DNA of 64,000 nucleotides from Candidatus Altimarinota bacterium. Lineage in GTDB: Bacteria > Patescibacteriota > Gracilibacteria > UBA1369 > GCA-2718715. The position numbers and the translations under genes are program-made. Numbering within the stretch: the first letter of the stretch is position 1; each line of letters opens with the position of its first letter. The stretch spans positions 352,001 through 416,000 of the forward strand of contig JBESAV010000001.1 in the NCBI GenBank assembly GCA_041242255.1. The letters run 5' to 3'. The notes below the pieces were generated by a model, which was not told the origin of the DNA, ran no database searches, and saw nothing but the letters and a program-made list of their open reading frames with translations. Shown piece by piece: positions 10,026-18,865 of this stretch.

Positions 10026-11492
10026 ATTAGTTATTACAATAACAAAAGGTTCAACCGCAAGTTAAAGAATAACCTAAAAAAATTCAAAAAAGTATCTCAA
10101 TCACTCTTTTATTCTATCCAGACCAAGTCTAGAAAGAGACCTTCAAGAGCTACTAACGGACAATCTTCACTTAACGCAGGTGTTTACTCTGCTGATACAA
10201 AGCTTATAAAAAGAGTAAGTGCTTTTAGTGCTATTGCCCTACTTGTTACTTCCTTCAGCCCACAAGCGTTCCTTCTTACAGATACTGAGTACGTAGGTTT
10301 CCAGACTGAAGAGGATAGATTATACAACTCCCAAGTACAGATGAGTCCAGATGGGTTCCTCACGAAAAACTCATCAACCTCAGTTAATACTACTGAAAAA
10401 GCCACTTTCCAAGAGCACGTAGTTCAAGATGGAGAGTCTATTCAAGATATAGCCAACGATTACGGTATCAATGTCCAAACAATCGTATGGGAAAACAACA
10501 TCGTAAATGTAGATGAAGTTTTACCAGGCGATTCACTTACAATTCCACCAGCTGACGGTCTTTCTTATACAGTGAAATGGGGAGACACAGTTCCATCTAT
10601 TGCTCAGAGATATAGTGTATCTAACCAAGATATAGATAAAGCTAATAATATTCAGGACGGTCGAATCTTTGTAAATCAAAAAATATTTATCCCAGGAGCT
10701 GAAAAAATCAACCAAATCATCGCCTCAACTGATGCTCAGGATAACCCTCTAGTAGAACCAATCCAGCAAAACCTTGAGCCACCAGCCGACAATCCTAAAC
10801 CAGTTCAATCAGAGCCAACCAACAACGTAGTAGCAACACTAAATACAGATACAGATTTAGCTCAAACCCTACCAAATCTTCCTTCAGACAGTAAAGTCCA
10901 ACCTAAAACTGAACAAGACCCAACTCCTCAAGTGGATTTACCACAAAGAGGTGAGTTAGACTCAACAGATCAAGTCGTAATAGAGCCTGCTCCAGAAGTT
11001 GAATACAAACCAGCCGTACAAGATGTTTCAGTCCAAGTAATAACAGCTCCAGCAGATATAGCAGCAACAACTACAGCAACAGGAAGCGCAGATGACTTCA
11101 CTATAGCTCCTTCTACGGCAGGAATATGGGGGAAAGTAACAGAAGGACAGATTACAAACGGTTATAAGGCAGGTCACTATGCCTTAGATATAGCTGATAG
11201 ATCTAAACCACCAATCTGGGCAGCTCGAGATGGTGTTGTAATTACTGCAGAATACGGTTGGAATGGAGGTTACGGAAATTACATAATTATCGATCATGGG
11301 GATGGTTTCCAGACATTATATGCACATAACGAAGAGTTGTATGTCGCTGAAGGTGATACAGTAACCAAGGGTCAAGTTATATCTAAAATGGGTAACACAG
11401 GTAGAGTCTACGGTGCAACAGGTATCCACGTACATTACGAGTGTGTAAGCGACGGGGTTAAGATCAACCCTCATAAGTGTATGTCACAGTAA
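10026..11492 (+). CDS. LysM-repeat M23 metallopeptidase (NlpD/MepM-like); probable non-canonical start upstream of ATG 10341
   Basis: Two LysM repeats, P/Q/T linker, HYALD, YAH and HVH motifs. The frame is open from 10014 and encodes a TM segment before 10341; TAAGGAG at 10011-10017. Confidence 0.85.
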   Translation: MSYYNNKRFNRKLKNNLKKFKKVSQSLFYSIQTKSRKRPSRATNGQSSLNAGVYSADTKLIKRVSAFSAIALLVTSFSPQAFLLTDTEYVGFQTEEDRLYNSQVQMSPDGFLTKNSSTSVNTTEKATFQEHVVQDGESIQDIANDYGINVQTIVWENNIVNVDEVLPGDSLTIPPADGLSYTVKWGDTVPSIAQRYSVSNQDIDKANNIQDGRIFVNQKIFIPGAEKINQIIASTDAQDNPLVEPIQQNLEPPADNPKPVQSEPTNNVVATLNTDTDLAQTLPNLPSDSKVQPKTEQDPTPQVDLPQRGELDSTDQVVIEPAPEVEYKPAVQDVSVQVITAPADIAATTTATGSADDFTIAPSTAGIWGKVTEGQITNGYKAGHYALDIADRSKPPIWAARDGVVITAEYGWNGGYGNYIIIDHGDGFQTLYAHNEELYVAEGDTVTKGQVISKMGNTGRVYGATGIHVHYECVSDGVKINPHKCMSQ

Positions 11493-11722
11493 TGATCAAA
11501 AAAGTCTTACTTCAACTCATACAAATCTACCAAAAGACATTTTCTCCCGACCACAGCGGAAACCAACTGAACCCAAACATTGGTTGCAGATTTTACCCAA
11601 CTTGCTCAGAGTATGCTAAATTATCTATACAAAAATACCCACTTTATAAAGCTTTGCCTAAATCTCTGTACCGAATTCTACGGTGTAATCCTTTCTCAAA
11701 AGGTGGAATAGATAATCCTTAA
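11492..11722 (+). CDS. yidD: Membrane protein insertion efficiency factor YidD
   Basis: CRFYPTCSEY and RILRCNPFSKGGID; TAATG overlap with upstream gene. Confidence 0.9.
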   Translation: MIKKVLLQLIQIYQKTFSPDHSGNQLNPNIGCRFYPTCSEYAKLSIQKYPLYKALPKSLYRILRCNPFSKGGIDNP

Positions 11723-11732
11723 GCCAAACGAC

Positions 11733-12515
11733 ATGTCTATCTTCGAATCAATCTTCCTAGGTGCAATTCAAGGAGTAACAGAGTTTTTCCCAATCTCATC
11801 TTCAGGACACTTAGTTCTTTTCCAAAACTTCCTTGGCCTCCAACCAATCGAACAAGCTTTCTTTAATATCCTTGTTCATGCTGGAACCCTCCTGGCGATT
11901 TTAATCTACTTCCGAGAAAAACTAATAGATCTTATTAAGGGAATTTTTCAAAAAGAACCACAATCCATAAAACTTTTCCTCAACTTAATCATCTCAACTT
12001 TACCCATTGTTTTTGTTGGCTTGCTTTTTGAAGACAAAGTTTCCCAAATTTTCAGTACTCCAAACACGGTTGCCCTTAGTATGCTGGCCACAGCATTATT
12101 TTTCATAGTAGGGGAGCAAGTATCCAAAAACAAAACTAATCAAGCTCTCACTCACTTAAAAGCTCTCATAATAGGTATAGTTCAGTCTATAGCAGTGATA
12201 CCCGGAGTATCTAGATCTGGAAGCACACTTATAGCCGGATTACTAACCGGACTTGATAGAGAGAAATCAGCCGAATACTCATTTCTTATCGCTATCCCCG
12301 CAATCAGTGGAGCTGTAGTCCTATCGGTTCTAAAAGTCTTAACAGAACCATCATCCCAGACTCTCCAAACACTACCATTACTAGCAGGCTTTCTAACTGC
12401 ATTCCTAACAGGTTTCCTTTCAATAAAATTCCTAATGCAATTATACAAGAAGCATTCCCTAAACGGATTTGCTGCTTATCTTATTATTGTATCAGTAGTT
12501 TTACTTGCTATATAA
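11733..12515 (+). CDS. uppP: Undecaprenyl-diphosphate phosphatase
   Basis: QGVTEFFPISSSGH and PGVSRSGST. Confidence 0.95.
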   Translation: MSIFESIFLGAIQGVTEFFPISSSGHLVLFQNFLGLQPIEQAFFNILVHAGTLLAILIYFREKLIDLIKGIFQKEPQSIKLFLNLIISTLPIVFVGLLFEDKVSQIFSTPNTVALSMLATALFFIVGEQVSKNKTNQALTHLKALIIGIVQSIAVIPGVSRSGSTLIAGLLTGLDREKSAEYSFLIAIPAISGAVVLSVLKVLTEPSSQTLQTLPLLAGFLTAFLTGFLSIKFLMQLYKKHSLNGFAAYLIIVSVVLLAI

Positions 12516-12542
12516 AAAGCCCTAACTGATTAGCCAGGGCTC
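12514..12542 (-). terminator. Intrinsic terminator after pnp (between convergent genes)
   Basis: GCCCTGGCT-AATC-AGTTAGGGC followed by a U-tract. Confidence 0.7.
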
Positions 12543-12558
12543 TAAAATTATTCAGAAA

Positions 12559-14673
12559 TTATTCTCCTTTATAAAACTTCTTGTGACTAAGTTTTACTTT
12601 TCCATCTCTACCAACCTCCAAAATCTCAACTTTTACCAGATCATCTTTCTTAACTACATCTTCAGTTTTTTCAGTTCTTTTTGGTGCAAGCTCAGAGATA
12701 TGTAATAATCCAGTTTTACCAGCAGAGAAATCGACAATAGCTCCAAACGGTTCAGTTCTTAGAACTTTTCCTTCAAATACATCACCTGGCTGTGGAACAT
12801 AAACAATAGCTTCAATTCTAGCTTTTGCTGCTTCAAAGCTCTCTCGATCAGGAGCAGTAATGATTACCTGTCCATCATCTTCGATAGAGATCTCAGTATT
12901 AGTTTCTGCAGTAAGTTCTTGAATAGTTTCACCACCTTTACCGATCACATCTCCGATTTGTTTAGGATTGATCATCATTGATTCGATCATAGGAGCATAT
13001 TGAGAAAGTTCTGCTCTTGGTTCAGAGATAGTTTCTTCCATCTTATCCAAGATAAAGTGAAGACCTTTCTCTGCTCTATCTAAAGCTTCTTTCATTATCT
13101 CAATTGGCATACCATCAAGCTTGATATCCATTTGCAATGCAGTAATACCATCTCTTGTACCAGTTACTTTGAAGTCCATATCTCCAGCAAAGTCCTCTAG
13201 ACCTTGGATGTCAGATAAGATTTCGTAGTCACCAGCCTCAAGATCAAGAGCTACAAGCCCCATTGCAATACCTGCCACAGGTTTCTTAATTGGCACTCCA
13301 GCATCCATCAAAGCAAGAGTCGAACCACATACAGAAGCCATTGAACTAGATCCATTACAAGTCATAACTTCAGAAACAACTCTCATTGTATATGCAAACT
13401 CTTCAACTGGAGGAAGCACAGGAAGTAAAGCTCTTTCAGCAAGATCACCATGTCCAATCTCACGTCTACCAGGACTTCTCAAGAATTTCACTTCACCAAC
13501 CGAGTAAGCAGGAAAGTTATAGTGGTGGAAATACCTTTTCTTTTCATCAAGGTCCATAGTTTCCACTAGTTGAGCATCATTTGGAGATCCAAGAGTTGCT
13601 ACACTCAAAACTTGAGTTTCACCTCTTTGGAACATACCTGTTCCATGTGTGCGAGGTAGTACTCCAACTTGGGTACGGATATCTCTTATCTGATCAATTG
13701 ACCTACCATCAATTCTCTTCTTGTTTTTAACAATATTATATCTCATTCTTTTCTTAGACTGTTCAGCTACAACCGACTTTACTAGTCCTTTTGAAACTTC
13801 TTCAGCTTCAATCTCAGCAGCAAATTTTTCTAAAATTTCATCAATATAAGCTTTTTCTTTCTTTTTAACTTCAGGTTTGGTAAGTCCATGAATCTCATCT
13901 AAACGAGCATCATCTATTGCATCAACAATCTTAGCAACCCAGTCTTCATCTTGTTCTGCTACGGTGTATTCAAGCGGTTCAACTGAAACTTTTTGTACAA
14001 GTTCATCTTGCATGCGACAAATTTCAACAATCTGTTCATGTGCCTTTTGAAGAGCTTCAAGCATCTGATCATATGAAACCTCGTTTGCTTTAGACTCAAC
14101 CATAGTTATTGCATCTTTATGACCAGCAACCATCAAGTCTAAGTCTAATTCATCTTTCTTCTCAAAGCTTGGGTTCACAACTAGCTTTCCATCTAGCATT
14201 CCCATTCTTACTCCTGCAATCGGTCCACCAAATGGCATTCCAGATACAGCAAGTGCAGCAGAGGCAGCAATCATCGCAAGCGGAGCTGGATCTACATTCA
14301 TATCAGCCGAAAGTACTGTACAGATAACCTGTACTTCGTTAGTCATTCCCTTCGGGAATAGTGGCCTGATAGGTCTATCAATCATACGAGAAGTCAAAAC
14401 AGCATTGTCAGAAGGACGCCCTTCTCTTCTCATAAATCTATTTCCACCTATTGTTCCAGTTGCATAGTATTTTTCTACATAATCAACCATTAGTGGGAAG
14501 AAATCAGCCCCTTCTTTTGCCTGCCCCATAGTTGCAGTACCTAGAACTACTGTATCTCCCATTGTAACTGTCACGGCTCCGGAAGCTTGATGCGCGTATT
14601 CACCGTGTTTGATGGTAACTTCTCTACCATCAATCATTCCAGAAACTTCTATTGTTTCTTTAAAATAATTCAT
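12559..14673 (-). CDS. pnp: Polyribonucleotide nucleotidyltransferase
   Basis: FFPLMVDY, RREGRP, RREIGHG, SEV..NGSSSMAS, GDMDFKV, KH and S1 domains; downstream of rpsO. Confidence 0.97.
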   Translation of the reverse strand: MNYFKETIEVSGMIDGREVTIKHGEYAHQASGAVTVTMGDTVVLGTATMGQAKEGADFFPLMVDYVEKYYATGTIGGNRFMRREGRPSDNAVLTSRMIDRPIRPLFPKGMTNEVQVICTVLSADMNVDPAPLAMIAASAALAVSGMPFGGPIAGVRMGMLDGKLVVNPSFEKKDELDLDLMVAGHKDAITMVESKANEVSYDQMLEALQKAHEQIVEICRMQDELVQKVSVEPLEYTVAEQDEDWVAKIVDAIDDARLDEIHGLTKPEVKKKEKAYIDEILEKFAAEIEAEEVSKGLVKSVVAEQSKKRMRYNIVKNKKRIDGRSIDQIRDIRTQVGVLPRTHGTGMFQRGETQVLSVATLGSPNDAQLVETMDLDEKKRYFHHYNFPAYSVGEVKFLRSPGRREIGHGDLAERALLPVLPPVEEFAYTMRVVSEVMTCNGSSSMASVCGSTLALMDAGVPIKKPVAGIAMGLVALDLEAGDYEILSDIQGLEDFAGDMDFKVTGTRDGITALQMDIKLDGMPIEIMKEALDRAEKGLHFILDKMEETISEPRAELSQYAPMIESMMINPKQIGDVIGKGGETIQELTAETNTEISIEDDGQVIITAPDRESFEAAKARIEAIVYVPQPGDVFEGKVLRTEPFGAIVDFSAGKTGLLHISELAPKRTEKTEDVVKKDDLVKVEILEVGRDGKVKLSHKKFYKGE

Positions 14674-14740
14674 ATTTTCTTTCTTTTTTTTATTAAATAT
14701 CTTAAACATTCTAAATGTCTTAGCGGTTAAATCAAAACCA

Positions 14741-14769
14741 AAAATAAAACCCGGATTTCTCCGGGCTTT
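14741..14769 (-). terminator. Terminator between rpsO and pnp
   Basis: GCCCGGA-GAAA-TCCGGGT followed by TTTATTTT. Confidence 0.7.
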
Positions 14770-14776
14770 AGATCTT

Positions 14777-15037
14777 TTATCTCAGAGACAATTCTTCAAC
14801 TAGCTTAGCGTGAACTTCAGGTTGTCTCAGTCTTAGGTAATGCAAATGTCTTCTTCTTTTTGCAACCAATCCAAGTAGACCTCTTCTAGAGTGGTCATCA
14901 CTTTTGTGGTTTTGCAAATGCTCAGAAAGTTTTTTAATTCTTTCTGTAAGAATAGCTACTTGCACTACAGACGAACCAGTATCTTCCTTATGAGTTTGAA
15001 AGTTTTTGATAACTTTCTTTTTTGCAGTTCTATCCAT
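14777..15037 (-). CDS. rpsO: 30S ribosomal protein S15
   Basis: HKEDTGSSVVQVAILT..HKSDDHSRRGLL; start moved to ATG 15037. Confidence 0.96.
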   Translation of the reverse strand: MDRTAKKKVIKNFQTHKEDTGSSVVQVAILTERIKKLSEHLQNHKSDDHSRRGLLGLVAKRRRHLHYLRLRQPEVHAKLVEELSLR

Positions 15038-15124
15038 ATGTGTAGTTAACTTATAAACCGCCTGTATTATAATCATAAAGCCAAAAATAGCAATCCTAAC
15101 TTCAGATTTGACTACCCGGATTTC

Positions 15125-18100
15125 TTACGCTCCAGCTGGCACAAACCTAACTTTGCCAGATTCAGTCAGATTATTCATCAATTTTATAAGTTTTTCATCA
15201 ACCATTCCTTTACTTTTCTGATACATATTTATGATAACTCTTTTCTCTCCAAAGCTAAGGTTAGACAAATCCATAGCTCTATTTTTATCTTTAGCAGCAG
15301 ATAAAAATTTATTGAATTTCCCACCACCTACTAATCCAGCAGAAACACCACCAAGTCTCACCGCCCAGTTAGCTGGGTTACTAACACTTTTTTCAAACTC
15401 AGCAAAAATCTCAGCTTCTCTCCTACTCAACTTCGCCACCGCAATATCCAAACCAGCATTCAAACTAACATCTCCAACCATTTGGCCCGTAAAGTACAAA
15501 GCTTTCTCCCCACTAGACATAAGACCAGTACTAATAGCTTCGTCTCCAGTCAATAAACCTTTTTTTACAGCCTCAGTTGTTAATCCAGTACTTTTCTTGA
15601 GAGCTGATACTCTAAGAGCATTACCAAGTGAGCCACCTCCATATGCACCAAAGAAATTCACTCCTGCCTCTGCACCAATACCAATCATTGCTTCTTCTGT
15701 AGTGTCATAACCCTTTCCATAAATCACATGACTAGCCGTAGTAGCAATTGCCGCCACACTTGTTGCACCAACTAATAGGGAAGTACCACCCGTAAATGGT
15801 GTACTCAAAAGTGAAGCAGCTAAGCTTGCTCCTACCAGACCAGAAAACTTGGCGATAAATACTGCGTTGTGAAAAGTTTCATCAGATATATCCAGCCAAC
15901 CAAATCCTTGTACGTCGGACAAAGTTTCAACAAGTTTCTGTTCACCATTTGAAAACCCACCATCAAACCTTTCCATAAAGTCAGTCAGTCCTCCTGACTC
16001 TGTTAGGGCTTGTTTGGTTGTTTTTAGACAAAGTTCTTTGTAGTCATTAACTCCATTCACCAAGCTCCCTTGATATCTTTTTATATCTACATCGTAACCC
16101 TTCAATGAGTCTCGTAAAACTCTCAAAGTGATATATTTTTCAGAATATTCCTCTACACTTTTAGGTTCATCTAAAGCATGTTTCATAACTGTATCAAGCT
16201 CTCCACCACAAGCTTCATTTATAGCTTTTAACTTATCTTTACTAATTTCACCTAAATCTGATTTAAGCTCATTTTTATATTGCCTGTAATTATTTATCAA
16301 ATTATTGCTAGGGGAGTCCCAGTTACTAGTCACCATCTTTTCTGGTAATCTCAAAGCCTCAACCATTAGAATCAAAGCTGAACTTCCAGATTCTAGTTCC
16401 ATATCAATACTCTCACCTCTACCTGAGATAAACTTCGCAAGTTTATTCACTTTTTCTAAATACTGACTGTAGTCTTCAGGTTTTGACCCAGTGGCCACAA
16501 CTAAATCTCTTTCATTATTTAAATAATTTCTCAAAATATAAAAACATCTCTCGTTAAAATTCTTATAAACTTTTCTAAGGTTTTCACTCTGAAAATTATT
16601 GCTATCTATTTCGGCAGATTTATCTACAAAGTACTCATAAGCTTTCTCAAAGCTTCCAAGGTTTATCATATAGTCACTAACCCTCTTCAACCCCATCTCT
16701 TCATTTAAAGCATTCTTATCTTCTCTTGAGTCACCAATATTTAAGCTTAAATCAATAAACCTGCTACTTTCCTCCTGAATTTTTTCGCCAAGTTTAACTC
16801 TGAAACTAGACTCAATCGGTAATCTGTCATACTTCGCTTGAAGTCTATTGATCTTGTAACCAACAACTTTTACAGCCATATCCATCAAATCTCCTTCTTT
16901 CAAGCTATCTTCATCATAATCAATATCACTGAAGTCAGATTGAAGTTTTTCCAAAAAATCCATATTTGCAAATGCCCCAAGATTCTCAACCCAACCATCA
17001 ACGCTTTCTAGATCACTAACTTCAAAAAACTCTTCGTAGCCACTTATTGATTGATAGTTTTTCCATTCTAAAAGAAATTCTCCTTCAAAAATCTTATCTT
17101 CTAACCTTACCAAAGCCTCACTATCTCCAGCTCTCTCAAATATTTCACGGTTAAATTTCAAATCCAAAATCTGATTCTCCAATTCTTCAAAGCTAGCTTC
17201 TTCATTAAACTCTTTGTTCAGATCCTGTTTCGCACCTTCCAAATCATACTCAGCTTGTAGACTTCTTACATTAAACTCAACCACAGAGTTGGTATAAATT
17301 TTAACAGAACTCTCCTCTCCATTCACACCATCCTCAAGCTTTCTCCCGATCAATCTATCACTTCCACTTTCATAGTTCTTCACTACCATTTTCTCATCAC
17401 CGCGGCTAATTATTCCACCTTCAATCTGACCTTCCATCTCAAAATCTTCTAACAAATCTTGTAACCTAATGAATTTTGCAAAATTATCAAATCTCTCAAA
17501 AAATTCTTCCGAGAGCTTATCTTTATACTTATCTAAAACATCAAACTTCACTACAAACCCATTTGGTGTAGCTCGTGTGAACAAATCTCTAAATAGATCC
17601 CTTTCTTGTGTCACAAAATCACGATAGTCCTTTTTTTCTTTCAGTCTCAACACTTTTCTGACCATAACTTCATCAACTCCCATTTCTTCAAGTGATTTCC
17701 TCTGAATCTGCAGTCGATCAGCCAATAAGTCATTAAAACCATCTATTTGCTTTAAACTAAAAGCCGTAAATCCACTTTTAGGTTTAAAGTTTTCAAAAAT
17801 CCTATCTAACTTAGCAGCACCATCAACTACACTTTTAAACTTCTCATCTAAATCAACATTCATCTTAACCAAGTCATCATCCAGCTCAGGAACTATAAAT
17901 AAACTCAGATCAGTCTCAGATTCCTGCCCAGAATATTTCGACAGTAAAATAGCTGACTCACTCAGTAAATCACCCTTCTCTTCAACTCTTTTCCTCTCCT
18001 CTTCTCGCACTCTAACTTTTTCAGCCACATATTCCAAAATGAACTCTGTAACCTTTTGATCAACTTTATCAATTATTTCATTTTTCTCAGCGTCCCCCCA

Positions 18101-18322
18101 TATATTCTCTGTATTTTCTTCTAGTTTAGAGATCTCATTCAGCAAAATATTCCATTTTTCACGTCTATCTCTTGGTAGTTTATCAGTTGTTTTTTGAGCC
18201 TTCAAAACTAACTCTTTCATTCTTTCTTTAGGGTCTTTTGATTTCAGGTCAAGGTTATCATCCATTTCCTGGATTTCTCTAAAATCGTCCGGAGAACTAA
18301 CAAAACCACCTAAAGCCATCAT
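15125..18322 (-). CDS. Large acidic helical hypothetical protein with C-terminal Gly/Ala-rich hydrophobic region
   Basis: 1065-aa ORF, E/D/K-rich; C-terminal GLVGASLAASLLSTPFTGGTSLLVGA and GxxxG repeats. Confidence 0.75.
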   Translation of the reverse strand: MMALGGFVSSPDDFREIQEMDDNLDLKSKDPKERMKELVLKAQKTTDKLPRDRREKWNILLNEISKLEENTENIWGDAEKNEIIDKVDQKVTEFILEYVAEKVRVREEERKRVEEKGDLLSESAILLSKYSGQESETDLSLFIVPELDDDLVKMNVDLDEKFKSVVDGAAKLDRIFENFKPKSGFTAFSLKQIDGFNDLLADRLQIQRKSLEEMGVDEVMVRKVLRLKEKKDYRDFVTQERDLFRDLFTRATPNGFVVKFDVLDKYKDKLSEEFFERFDNFAKFIRLQDLLEDFEMEGQIEGGIISRGDEKMVVKNYESGSDRLIGRKLEDGVNGEESSVKIYTNSVVEFNVRSLQAEYDLEGAKQDLNKEFNEEASFEELENQILDLKFNREIFERAGDSEALVRLEDKIFEGEFLLEWKNYQSISGYEEFFEVSDLESVDGWVENLGAFANMDFLEKLQSDFSDIDYDEDSLKEGDLMDMAVKVVGYKINRLQAKYDRLPIESSFRVKLGEKIQEESSRFIDLSLNIGDSREDKNALNEEMGLKRVSDYMINLGSFEKAYEYFVDKSAEIDSNNFQSENLRKVYKNFNERCFYILRNYLNNERDLVVATGSKPEDYSQYLEKVNKLAKFISGRGESIDMELESGSSALILMVEALRLPEKMVTSNWDSPSNNLINNYRQYKNELKSDLGEISKDKLKAINEACGGELDTVMKHALDEPKSVEEYSEKYITLRVLRDSLKGYDVDIKRYQGSLVNGVNDYKELCLKTTKQALTESGGLTDFMERFDGGFSNGEQKLVETLSDVQGFGWLDISDETFHNAVFIAKFSGLVGASLAASLLSTPFTGGTSLLVGATSVAAIATTASHVIYGKGYDTTEEAMIGIGAEAGVNFFGAYGGGSLGNALRVSALKKSTGLTTEAVKKGLLTGDEAISTGLMSSGEKALYFTGQMVGDVSLNAGLDIAVAKLSRREAEIFAEFEKSVSNPANWAVRLGGVSAGLVGGGKFNKFLSAAKDKNRAMDLSNLSFGEKRVIINMYQKSKGMVDEKLIKLMNNLTESGKVRFVPAGA

Positions 18323-18528
18323 AGCTCATTAATTAAACTCTCAATTTCTTCCTTTTCTCTTAAGTCATTCCTTGACTCCTTATCTTTCTCAACTGACCTT
18401 TTCTCGTGTTTTAAGGTAGCATTAAACGCCTCAATCTTACCATTAATATCATCAAAACCACCCGATTTCTTCAGTAAATCCACCATTGAATTCCCTCCAA
18501 GCATACTAGCAATTTCTCTTTTCTTCAT
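18319..18528 (-). CDS. Small charged hypothetical protein coupled to the 1065-aa gene
   Basis: ATGA stop/start overlap; TGATATAAT extended -10 at 18549-18557. Confidence 0.6.
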   Translation of the reverse strand: MKKREIASMLGGNSMVDLLKKSGGFDDINGKIEAFNATLKHEKRSVEKDKESRNDLREKEEIESLINEL

Positions 18529-18575
18529 TTTCTTATTTTAATCATATTATTATATCATAAAAGCCCTTATCTATC

Positions 18576-18601
18576 AAAAAAAGCCGGCCTTTCAGCCGGC
18601 T
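18576..18601 (-). terminator. Intrinsic terminator after the 39-aa ORF
   Basis: AGCCGGCT-GAAA-GGCCGGCT followed by a T-tract. Confidence 0.8.
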
Positions 18602-18606
18602 AAGGT

Positions 18607-18726
18607 TTACTCACTAAACTCTATATCTACCTCTTCTTGCTCGCATCCTTTTTCTTGGTACAAAGATAAAGTCCCCATACCAATAACAAAAATCATGAAC
18701 ACAAGTACTTTAATCACCTTTTTCAT
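18607..18726 (-). CDS. Uncalled 39-aa single-TM peptide MKKVIKVLVFMIFVIGMGTLSLYQEKGCEQEEVDIEFSE
   Basis: GGAGGTGG SD upstream of the ATG; its own terminator 5 nt after the stop. Confidence 0.7.
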   Translation of the reverse strand: MKKVIKVLVFMIFVIGMGTLSLYQEKGCEQEEVDIEFSE

Positions 18727-18865
18727 GAGTCCACCTCCAGGACTTTAGCACTCCCTCTAGGGGAGACATTTATGTCACCACCAGGAACTTACACTAACTT
18801 TATTAAATTTTAAAGATTGAACTTCTTACCTATCTCCACTAAATTAACACCACCAAAAAAAACAT

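Noticed and set aside
15038-15075. S15 autoregulatory leader RNA
   Set aside because: The leader after TATAAT (15066-15071) is only about 20 nt and shows no convincing structure.
15231-15710. Antisense ORFs such as 15231..15710, 23756..24178, 38419..38775, 55799..56179 and 59946..60284
   Set aside because: They are shadows of well-supported opposite-strand genes with no motifs of their own.
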